Below, in pieces: positions 8,174 to 15,313 of a stretch of 45,917 bases of DNA (its first letter is position 1; each line of letters starts with the position of its first letter). Origin of the DNA: a virus; the IMG/VR virus record IMGVR_UViG_3300037761_000323. One strand, given 5' to 3'. The position numbers and the translations under genes were made by a program. The notes under the pieces are model-generated. The model was not told where the DNA came from, made no database searches, and saw only the letters and a list, made by a program, of their open reading frames with translations.

Positions 8174-9520
8174 TCAGGGCTTCGGTGCCTTCTCCGGCAA
8201 TCCGAGCGCCCTGGACAGGCGGTTGCGCCGGTCCGTGTACGTCTCGCCCGGGACCTTGGTGAAGCCGGCCGGAGCTGCGGAGCCTGCACCCCCTGGGGTG
8301 GTGGCTGCGCCCTTCCGGCGCCTCATTCGTTCCCGGACGTCCGGCGCCTTGCCCTTCACGGCCGCGGGCTTCTTGCCGGGGGCCTTCGGGGGGGTGACAC
8401 CGGACGCACTACGCTCCCCGTTCTTCGTTGGGGAGATCCCGAAAAACTCGAGCACGCCAAGCTCGCCGAGGAGCTCGGGGACCTTGGCCGGGTCGAGTGT
8501 CGTCTGCTTTGTCGCCTTGAGGTGCGCGTTGAGCTCCGCCGCGGCCTGCATGGAGAACATCTTGGCCTTCTTCGGATCGTAGTCGTCCGGGAGGACCGAG
8601 CGAATCGCCGCGCCGATGTCGCGGATGAGGTCCTGCGTCTTCGCCACTGTCGCGCTCGAGCGCGTGCGCTCCCGCTCGGCCTTGAGCCGCTTGTTCTCGG
8701 CGTCCGTGCGTTGGGTGACCCTCGAATTGGGGTCACGCGCCCAAGTGTTGATCTTGCGGACGAGCTTGTCGAAGTGCTCTTCCTCGAGCTCCAGGAGGAG
8801 CGCCTCGACGACCGAGCTCCGGACCGTGGGGGCGACCGTCTCCATGAGGAAGGCGGCCGGGTCGGCCTCCATCGCCTCGTAGATCCCGTCGAGGTCGGCC
8901 TTGTCCTTCTGCACGTCGGCGATCGCGTCCTCGTACTCACGCCGGTACATCGCCCCGTTTCGGAGCTGATTCAGCCGCTCGACCGCATCCGCGGGGTCGA
9001 TACCAGCCGCCTCGAGCGCCGCGATGTCGAGCGGGAGCTCGAAGTCCTCCTCGCCCGCCTTACGGGCGGGGAGCGAGACGACCACGAAGTCGTCGTCGTC
9101 GCCCCCCGCCTCTCCGGCTGCACCAGCTTCCGCACCTTCCGCCTCGCCGCCGGCACCCTCGCCGGCGGCCTCTCCGGGTAGCTCGTCGCCCGTCTCGACC
9201 CCTTCCTCTTCCTCGCCCGCGGCCGCGGCGGCCGGAGGAGGAGGTGGAGCTCCACCCGCGGCCTTCGCGGCCTCCTCCGTGGCGAGCTCCTCGCGGAGCT
9301 TCGCCATCTTCGCCTCGAACGGCCGGAGCTCCTCGGCCGGCGGCGGCGGCTCACCGCCGCCCTCCCCTCCGCCTTCCCCTTCCCCCCCGCCGGCCCCTGC
9401 GGCGTCGTCGTCCTCGGTGTCACCGACGAGGAGCGGGAGCGCGAGGAGCGACTCCGGGCTCTGACCGAGCACGGCGAGGAGGAGGAGGACAGCACCGGCG
9501 AGGAGCCTATCGAGACGCAT
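8174..9520 (-). CDS. Scaffolding-type protein, 448 aa.
   Basis: Lies between portal and capsid. ATG at 9520 is one nt after the portal TAA. It has a long acidic G/E/A/P low-complexity region, then a helical charged domain and a basic C-terminus. Its N-terminal leader resembles that of the capsid protein. Confidence 0.7.
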   Translation of the reverse strand: MRLDRLLAGAVLLLLAVLGQSPESLLALPLLVGDTEDDDAAGAGGGEGEGGGEGGGEPPPPAEELRPFEAKMAKLREELATEEAAKAAGGAPPPPPAAAAAGEEEEGVETGDELPGEAAGEGAGGEAEGAEAGAAGEAGGDDDDFVVVSLPARKAGEEDFELPLDIAALEAAGIDPADAVERLNQLRNGAMYRREYEDAIADVQKDKADLDGIYEAMEADPAAFLMETVAPTVRSSVVEALLLELEEEHFDKLVRKINTWARDPNSRVTQRTDAENKRLKAERERTRSSATVAKTQDLIRDIGAAIRSVLPDDYDPKKAKMFSMQAAAELNAHLKATKQTTLDPAKVPELLGELGVLEFFGISPTKNGERSASGVTPPKAPGKKPAAVKGKAPDVRERMRRRKGAATTPGGAGSAAPAGFTKVPGETYTDRRNRLSRALGLPEKAPKP

Positions 9521-9521
9521 G

Positions 9522-11807
9522 TTACGCCACCTGTTCGGGGGAAAGCTGTTCGGAACCGGGCTCGAGGAGGCGCACGGCGTTGGCCTCGATCGCGGCGGCC
9601 TGCTGCGCGGCCGCGCCCTGGACCTGGCCCTCGACCTCGAGCTGGCGGCCCGCGGCGAGGAGCTGCGCCTGCTGCTGCGCCAAGAGGAGGCGCTTCCGGT
9701 AGAGCACCATTTCCTGCATGATCGCCGGGTCGATCTTGAGGTACTCGGGGCTCTTGAGGAACCGCTCGAGGACGTGCAGGAAGATCCCGTGATCGTACCA
9801 CTCGAAGATCGGGATCTCCGTCGCCGGAGCGCCCTGGATGAGGCGGCCGACGAACTGCTCCGCGCTCGCCCGGTCGGCTCCGCCCGGCCGCGAGGCGCGG
9901 CCCATGTGCGGGAAGCGGGATAGATCCAGGAATGTGTTGATCGCGGTCGGGGAGACCGGATCGCCCCATACGCCCGCCTGCCAGAAGCGCATCATCCGGT
10001 CCTGACGCTCGCCCCTGCCCTCGGGCAACATCGACTCGATCTCGGGGATCGCGTTGACCGTGCCCTCCTCGAAGAGCTGAGGCCAGACCGTGATCGTCCT
10101 GGCGATGTTGTCCTCGCCGACGACCTGGATCGCCTTCTCCTGATCGAGGAAGAGCGGGTACATCACCTTCCAGTCCTCCGCCATGCGCGCGAGCTCGAGC
10201 ACCATCCGTCGCATCGGTCCCGAGCTCGGCCGATCGGCGTTGAAGCGGAGCTCGCTCACGAGCTCGCCCGAGGCGCTCTTCGTCGGCGTGTTGCCCTGCG
10301 TGCCGGAGATCGAGCCGAGCATGTCGACCTCTTCCGCGAGCCGGTCAGCCGACTCGTAGACCTCGGGACCGAGCCGGCCAGGGTGCACGAACTCGATGAT
10401 CGGCGCCTTCGACTTTGACCTCGATGCGAGGACCTGGAAGCCGGGGACGTTCTTCACGTCGCCGTCCTTGATGCCCGAGTCCCGGTCGATCACCTGGATC
10501 GGGTTCGCCACGAGCGTCGCGTGCTGGATCCCCTGCGCGTGGAGCCGGTTCCGCGTCCTGATCGGTCCGTTGAGCATTTCCTGGCTGCTCGAGCCCTGCG
10601 GCCTGCCCGGGAGGTTGTGGAAGTCGAAGCAGCGGATCGGGCTCGTGTACTTGAACGGCGCCGTGCGCGGCCCGTCCCGGACGCACTTCTTCGCGCCGGT
10701 CACGATCGTCAGCCGCCCGCCGGGCGACTGGCCCGGGATCCGCTGCGTCCCCGGGAACCGGCTCGGCCGCTGCCAAAGCTCGTAGACGCTCACGAACTCC
10801 GTCGACGTCGCCGACTCGAGCGTAGCGCCCCTGCGCTGCTCGGCCGAGCCGAAGAGGCCGGCGCCGTGCAGGAGCCGCCAGATCACGCCCACGTCGTCGC
10901 CGGTCTGCCCACCGCGCACGTCGGGCTCGAGCTCCATGCCGAAGGCCTCGTAGGCCTGGAGCGGCGTCAGGAGCGAGCGCTGCATGTGCCAGGCCTTCTT
11001 GTGCCACGGGATCTGCTGACCCCATTCGCCGCGCACCTCGAGGCACGTCAGGACGTCGACCTCGAGCGCGCCCTCGTAGAAGACGTGCGGCTCGCCGTTC
11101 TCCTCGACCACCTCTCCCCCGTCCTCCTCGAGGAGGCGAGCGCGCGGGTTGCCCTGTTCGTCGAGCGGAACGTTCGGGATCTCGCGCTGGATCGGCATAC
11201 CGTCCGCTCCGAGGATCTCGGTCCCGTCCGCGCGGAGGAGCTTGAGGATCGCCGTGTCGATCGCCGCGATCGCGTCGCCCTGCATCGCGTCGATGCGGCT
11301 CTTGAGGTGGGCCCTGCCCGAGGGGATGAGCCAGGCCGTCAGTCGGTCGAGGACCTCGAGCATCCCGACGTTGTTCCAGGTGTGCTTGAAGAGCGGGTCC
11401 ATCACCTCGGCGAGCTCGGCGTCGATCCGATCGGGCCCGGGCTGCCAGGAGATCACCGGCGGGTTCTCGTTCATCCGCGCCTGCGTCAGGATGAACCAGA
11501 GGAAGAGGCGGTTGAGGACGGGCATGTGCCGCCACCTCTTCTCGTCGTCGTTCAAGTGCTCGGCGAGGTCGACGTAGCGCTGGCGGAGCTCGCTCCAGAC
11601 GATCCAGTGCTGGCCGAGCAGCATCCGGACGTTCTCCTCGACCTGGCGGTCCCGCTGGCGGAGCTTGTCGTCCTGCTCGTGCCAGAGGCCCATCACCCAC
11701 TCGGCCCGGATCGCATCGGCCACGTCGAAGGCGAAGGGATCCTCCCGCATCCGCGGGATGTCTGCGATCCGGGTGAAACGCTGGCCCTTCGCGGTGGCTG
11801 AGCTCAA
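9522..11807 (-). CDS. Portal protein, up to 761 aa.
   Basis: Size and position upstream of scaffold and capsid, with a portal-like N-terminal region (...RWRHMPVLNRLFLWFILTQARMNENPP...). The track start at 11807 is TTG, overlapping the upstream stop (TTGA). An ATG 19 codons downstream (start 11750) is an alternative. Confidence 0.8.
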   Translation of the reverse strand: MSSATAKGQRFTRIADIPRMREDPFAFDVADAIRAEWVMGLWHEQDDKLRQRDRQVEENVRMLLGQHWIVWSELRQRYVDLAEHLNDDEKRWRHMPVLNRLFLWFILTQARMNENPPVISWQPGPDRIDAELAEVMDPLFKHTWNNVGMLEVLDRLTAWLIPSGRAHLKSRIDAMQGDAIAAIDTAILKLLRADGTEILGADGMPIQREIPNVPLDEQGNPRARLLEEDGGEVVEENGEPHVFYEGALEVDVLTCLEVRGEWGQQIPWHKKAWHMQRSLLTPLQAYEAFGMELEPDVRGGQTGDDVGVIWRLLHGAGLFGSAEQRRGATLESATSTEFVSVYELWQRPSRFPGTQRIPGQSPGGRLTIVTGAKKCVRDGPRTAPFKYTSPIRCFDFHNLPGRPQGSSSQEMLNGPIRTRNRLHAQGIQHATLVANPIQVIDRDSGIKDGDVKNVPGFQVLASRSKSKAPIIEFVHPGRLGPEVYESADRLAEEVDMLGSISGTQGNTPTKSASGELVSELRFNADRPSSGPMRRMVLELARMAEDWKVMYPLFLDQEKAIQVVGEDNIARTITVWPQLFEEGTVNAIPEIESMLPEGRGERQDRMMRFWQAGVWGDPVSPTAINTFLDLSRFPHMGRASRPGGADRASAEQFVGRLIQGAPATEIPIFEWYDHGIFLHVLERFLKSPEYLKIDPAIMQEMVLYRKRLLLAQQQAQLLAAGRQLEVEGQVQGAAAQQAAAIEANAVRLLEPGSEQLSPEQVA

Positions 11808-12004
11808 AGGGGCCGGTAGCTCGCGATGTAGACCTCGAAGGCGTCCTTCTTGCCCGGAGGGACGGGGCGCCAGATCGGCTTGGGGAGCTGCGGGGGCGGG
11901 TGATACGTGTGGGCGGCGTGCCCAGCCTCGAGCGCTCGAGCGACCGCGGTGAGGCCGAGGCCTCCGGCCATGCGAAGCAGGAAGCCGCGGCGATTCGTCT
12001 TCAT
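11804..12004 (-). CDS. 66-aa micro-protein with a twin-arginine (Tat) signal peptide.
   Basis: MKTNRRGFLLRMAGGLGLTAVA|RALEAGH... has the RRxFL motif, a hydrophobic h-region and an AVA cleavage-type site. GC3 is about 88 percent by hand count. Its stop overlaps the portal start. The mature part is His/Pro-rich. Confidence 0.6.
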   Translation of the reverse strand: MKTNRRGFLLRMAGGLGLTAVARALEAGHAAHTYHPPPQLPKPIWRPVPPGKKDAFEVYIASYRPL

Positions 12005-12038
12005 GGGCCCGAACGTGTCAGGGCCCGAGCTCAGCCCG

Positions 12039-12278
12039 CTATTCGGAGAACTCCGAGGCCCGTCGCACGAGCACCCACACGAGGACGCGAAGCGCCGGGC
12101 TGAGCTTCGGCTCGAAGTCCGCGGGCAGCTTACGGTTGATCGCGGTGACGTGCGCCTCCGCGGTCCGCCACGAGACGGGCGGGTCGAGCGTGCGCGCGAC
12201 CTCCCGAAGTGAGCGAGCTCCGCCGGCGATCACCTCGAGGACGTCGAGCTCGCGGGGGGTCAGCTCTCTTGAATCCAC
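12039..12278 (-). CDS. LuxR/GerE-type HTH DNA-binding protein, 79 aa, HTH domain only.
   Basis: LTPRELDVLEVIAGGARSLREVARTLDPPVSWRTAEAHVTAINRKL matches the LuxR_C-like HTH pattern. GTG at 12278 is preceded by GGAGGGGGCGG. I reject the track extension to 12353. Confidence 0.7.
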   Translation of the reverse strand: MDSRELTPRELDVLEVIAGGARSLREVARTLDPPVSWRTAEAHVTAINRKLPADFEPKLSPALRVLVWVLVRRASEFSE

Positions 12279-12589
12279 CCGCCCCCTCCACTGTCCGTCC
12301 CGGCCCTGGCAAGGAGCCTGTACCACTCCTGCTCTGCCTGCTGCCGGGAGCATCCGGTCTCGTACATCGTTTGCTCGAGGAACTCCGCCGGCGCCTCGGC
12401 GAGCTCGCCCGGGACGCCGAGCGTCTCCTGATCCTCGGCCAAGCGCACGATCGCCCGCGGCGGCTCGTCGACCTTGAGCACGCCCTCGCGGCGCTGCGCG
12501 TCCTTGCGCCGGCCACGCTCACCGAGCCAGAGCCCGAACGCGAGGCCTGTCATGCCCGCGAGCGCTGTCAACAAAACCTCGGGTGTCAC
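12260..12589 (-). CDS. 109-aa single-pass membrane protein, function unknown.
   Basis: GTG at 12589 overlaps the upstream stop (GTGA). N-terminal helix VLLTALAGMTGLAFGLWL is followed by RGRRKD and then an acidic soluble domain. Confidence 0.6.
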   Translation of the reverse strand: MTPEVLLTALAGMTGLAFGLWLGERGRRKDAQRREGVLKVDEPPRAIVRLAEDQETLGVPGELAEAPAEFLEQTMYETGCSRQQAEQEWYRLLARAGTDSGGGGWIQES

Positions 12590-13221
12590 GAGCGCCTCCG
12601 GATGGGGGTGTCTGAGGCGCGGAGGTCCATCAGCCGGTTCGCCCCGTGGATCACGGCGATCGCTCCCGGCTCCCTGCTCCACCGCGGCTCGAGGAGCTGG
12701 TGCATCTGCCCGTGACTCCGGGCGTAGACGTGCACCTCCGCGGTCGGGTTGTAGATCGCGTAGAACGGGCTCACGCGGCCCTTCTCCTCGTACCGATAGC
12801 GGTGGCGGAAACAGGCGCCGTCCTCGAGGCGCTGCTTGATCGGCTGCCAGCTCCGGAGCTCGGTCAGGCGCGGTCGCTCGTATCCCTGGATCGTGAAGTA
12901 GCTCGCCTCGATCGTGTAGAGGAACGTCGGCCTGATCCGGTCGTCGGAGTCGAGCGTGCTCTGGATGTCGTCGCGTCCAGGCCCGAAGTGCTGGAGGACC
13001 TCGAGCGCGTGCGTCCAGCCGCCGTCCCGCACGATCCGCTCGATCGCCTCGAGGTGCCGCTCGTGAGCTCGCCACGCCCAGGCGATCACGACGTCGGGCT
13101 TGAGGTTCTTCGCCGCGGCCACCATCGCCGGGATACACGTCCGGCGCGCGAGCTCCATCCGAGCGCGGAAGTGCTTGTCGTCGTCGTAGCACTGGCGCGT
13201 GTAGACCGTGTGGAAAATCAC
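12586..13221 (-). CDS. Glycosyltransferase-like protein, 211 aa. It resembles the putative rhamnosyltransferase family, but the family assignment is tentative.
   Basis: GTG at 13221 overlaps the stop of the GT2 gene (GTGA). It begins VIFHTVYTRQCYDDDKHFRARMELARRTCIPAM... Adjacent to and translationally coupled with a GT2 gene. Confidence 0.45.
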   Translation of the reverse strand: MIFHTVYTRQCYDDDKHFRARMELARRTCIPAMVAAAKNLKPDVVIAWAWRAHERHLEAIERIVRDGGWTHALEVLQHFGPGRDDIQSTLDSDDRIRPTFLYTIEASYFTIQGYERPRLTELRSWQPIKQRLEDGACFRHRYRYEEKGRVSPFYAIYNPTAEVHVYARSHGQMHQLLEPRWSREPGAIAVIHGANRLMDLRASDTPIRRRS

Positions 13222-13979
13222 TCGCGGCGCTCGAGCGGAGTGCAGACAGGGTGAACGTGGAGGTCGAGGCCGAGCTTCGTGAGGTGCTTGGCCCGGCCGG
13301 CGAACTGGCGGCGGAGCTCGGAGCGGAAGCCGGTTCGCTCGTCCTGGGTCAGGCTGGCCGGGTGCACGCGGCGAATGTAAAGCGAGCGGTTGATGGCGCG
13401 CACGGGGATCTGGAGCGCCCTCGCCCGGAGGATGAGGTCGTGATCGGCCGCCACGGGCCACGGCCGATAGCCGCCCAAGCGCTGCCAGGCGCCGTGGGCG
13501 ATGATCGCAACGCCTCCCTTGTAGCCTGCCCGCCGGCGGATGATGCGCCCGTCCTCGCGCACCTGGGTACGCCCTCCGCCCGAGATCCCATCCGGTCCGA
13601 CGCCGGCGAGGAGCTCCCTCAGATAGCTCGGCCGCATCACGTCGTCCGCGTCGAAGATCGCGTAGGCCTCGGCCGCCTCGAGCTCGACGAGGCTGTTCCG
13701 CATGATGTAGGGCCCGACGTGCTCCCGGGCGTACCAGTGAGCCCTCCCGGCCTTCGTGAGCGTCCTGGACGTCTCCGGGCAGGCGTCGACGCCGATCCGG
13801 AGCGAGTACTCCCACCCCGGACGAGCCTCCTGGAAGTCGATCGACTCGAGCGCCTTGCCGATCCACTTGCTCGCCCCCCGGGCCGCCATGACGACGGAAC
13901 ACTCGCCCCCCGTGTCCGGAGGCGCCGGCGGGCGACGGACCGAGCCACGGCGGCCGCGGCGCCGGGGAGGGCCCGGCAT
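13218..13979 (-). CDS. Family-2 glycosyltransferase, 253 aa.
   Basis: CSVVMAARGASKWIGKALESIDFQ...AYAIFDADDVMRPSYL shows the GT-A N-terminal strand plus a DxD (DADD) motif. ATG at 13979 overlaps the upstream stop (ATGA). Confidence 0.7.
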   Translation of the reverse strand: MPGPPRRRGRRGSVRRPPAPPDTGGECSVVMAARGASKWIGKALESIDFQEARPGWEYSLRIGVDACPETSRTLTKAGRAHWYAREHVGPYIMRNSLVELEAAEAYAIFDADDVMRPSYLRELLAGVGPDGISGGGRTQVREDGRIIRRRAGYKGGVAIIAHGAWQRLGGYRPWPVAADHDLILRARALQIPVRAINRSLYIRRVHPASLTQDERTGFRSELRRQFAGRAKHLTKLGLDLHVHPVCTPLERRE

Positions 13980-14368
13980 CAGTCCACGACTTCGAGGTTC
14001 GCCTTCCGCTCTTCGTCGGCCGCGAGCGCGTTCTGACGCACGGCCCAATCCTCCGCTTCCCACCGATCGCGGAGCGCGAGCTGCTGCCAGGGCGAGAGGT
14101 TCCTCGTCCGGCCGACCTGGCCGCCGAAGAGCTGACGCCATTTCCTCAGCATCCACGCCCGAAGCCCGCGCTCCGGAAGGACGACCTCGTGGTGATACCA
14201 CGCGAGCAGCTCCCACACCTGATACCTGCGGGAGTACTCCCGCCCGTCCGGCGGGAAGCGCCACTCCCGGATCGGCGGCATCGGCGGGAGCCGCATCGCC
14301 TCGAGCCGCTGCTGCGCCTGCCGTTCGAGCTCCTCGCGCACCAGCGCGTTCTTCGGGCCCCTCGCCAT
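13979..14368 (-). CDS. 129-aa hypothetical protein, Trp/Arg-rich.
   Basis: ATG at 14368 preceded by GGGAGGCGGAGGACTG. It is the first gene after the 217-nt non-coding gap 14369-14585. Confidence 0.6.
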   Translation of the reverse strand: MARGPKNALVREELERQAQQRLEAMRLPPMPPIREWRFPPDGREYSRRYQVWELLAWYHHEVVLPERGLRAWMLRKWRQLFGGQVGRTRNLSPWQQLALRDRWEAEDWAVRQNALAADEERKANLEVVD

Positions 14369-14585
14369 CAGTCCTCCGCCTCCCTTGGTCTGCACCAGTG
14401 ACACACGGTTGGGCTCGCGAACGCGAAACGCCCACACCTCGAGCAGCCCACCGACCCATCGCCGTACGGTGGGCGATTGGCATTTTTCCCTACTCCCGCC
14501 TCACTCGATTTTCTGACGTTATTTAATGGCACGGCCTTGCCGAGCACGCCGGCGAACCGCGTGAAGAGGTCCTCTTCCAAGCCCC

Positions 14586-14969
14586 CTACGGCTCCCTCAA
14601 GAGCGCACGCACGACCGAGACGAAGAGGTAGTCCTTGCGACGCTGGAGCTCGGGGAGAAGGGCGTACGGCACGAGACACGGGTGCAGCTTCGCCTCCGGA
14701 TCCTTGTCCGGCCCGTAGGTCCACCCCTCCTCGAGCTTCCCCTGCATCCAGCGCGCGTGAGCGTCGATCGGGTGGGCGAGCGGGTTGGCGACGAGGAACT
14801 CCACGCCCTCGATCGAGGCCGAGCGCTGCCACTCCGGCGCCTCGTCCCAAGGGAGCTGAGAGTCGTCCCCGATGGTTATGCAGTACGCGCGATTCGCCTC
14901 GTGGACGACGCGGGCGATCGCCTTCACGGGCGGGAGAAGCGCCTTCTCCTGGATGCGCGGGGCGCTCAC
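14586..14969 (-). CDS. RyR-domain protein, 127 aa.
   Basis: EGWTYGPDKDPEAKLHPCLVPYALLPELQRRKDY closely matches the ryanodine-receptor repeat signature (GWTYGP...K.HPCLV.F..LPE.E..Y). The N-terminal half (IARVVHEANRAY...PWDEAPEWQRSASIEGV) also fits bacterial and phage RyR-domain proteins. Confidence 0.85.
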   Translation of the reverse strand: MSAPRIQEKALLPPVKAIARVVHEANRAYCITIGDDSQLPWDEAPEWQRSASIEGVEFLVANPLAHPIDAHARWMQGKLEEGWTYGPDKDPEAKLHPCLVPYALLPELQRRKDYLFVSVVRALLREP

Positions 14970-15313
14970 CCGTGCCTCGCGATCCCCGCGTTCGCGTGCA
15001 TCACGGCCTCCTCGAGGCGCGTGAGCGCCGTCGACTGCTCGCGGCCGGGGGGGACGAGCTCAACGATCGCGCGAGCCAGCGCCTTCGCCTGACCGCGGAG
15101 GAGCGCGTAGGCCTCCGGCTGGCCGTCCTTCGGAGCGTGGTACGTGAAGTCGCTCTCAATGCGCCCCAGGAGCTGGTTGTGTTGGACGGTCCGCGGCGGC
15201 TGCTCGACGCGCTCGAACTCCCCATGTCCTCGAGGAGCTGCGTGACCGATCGGTGGAGCACCCTGAGCCTGACGATCGAGCTCCTTGAGATCCGGGTCCG
15301 TGTCGCCCTTCAT
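14966..15313 (-). CDS. 115-aa helical-hairpin protein. Candidate Acb2/Tad1-hairpin family member, that is a possible cyclic-nucleotide sponge.
   Basis: DFTYHAPKDGQPEAYALLRGQAKALARAIVELVPPGREQSTALTRLEEAVMHANAGIARHG. From memory, the F-x-Y-H-x-P ... ALTxLEEAVMxANAxIA signature belongs to a widespread phage small-protein family annotated with the Acb2/Tad1 hairpin domain. I could not verify this here. Confidence 0.4.
   Translation of the reverse strand: MKGDTDPDLKELDRQAQGAPPIGHAAPRGHGEFERVEQPPRTVQHNQLLGRIESDFTYHAPKDGQPEAYALLRGQAKALARAIVELVPPGREQSTALTRLEEAVMHANAGIARHG

Noticed and set aside
9040-9420. Repetitive DNA that could be mistaken for a CRISPR array, VNTR or mobile-element repeat. It occurs here, at 25974-26090 and at 28241-28300.
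   Set aside because: All three are in-frame low-complexity coding tracts. They are the G/E/A/P acidic region of the scaffold, the PEEP spacer and the Lys/Ala tail of ParB. None has a repeat-spacer organisation.
13218-14483. Long N-terminal extensions in the ORF track. Examples are the 421-aa version of the GT2 gene, the 438-aa version of 12586-13221, the 513-aa capsid ORF, the 630-aa TerL ORF, and the 348-aa and 306-aa ORFs around 18892-20105.
   Set aside because: The extensions are Arg/Gly/Pro/Ala-rich, overlap better-supported upstream genes, and lack an RBS. In each case an internal ATG or GTG sits in a 1-4 nt overlap with the upstream stop, or behind a GGAGG-type SD.
14369-14585. A 217-nt gap with the most AT-rich patch of the late block (ttatttaatgg, gaaaaatgcc), considered as a promoter. 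A weak hairpin, GAAGAggaccTCTTC, was considered as a terminator.
   Set aside because: It is plausibly regulatory. However, I could not find a convincing -35/-10 pair or a U-run, so I do not call a feature.
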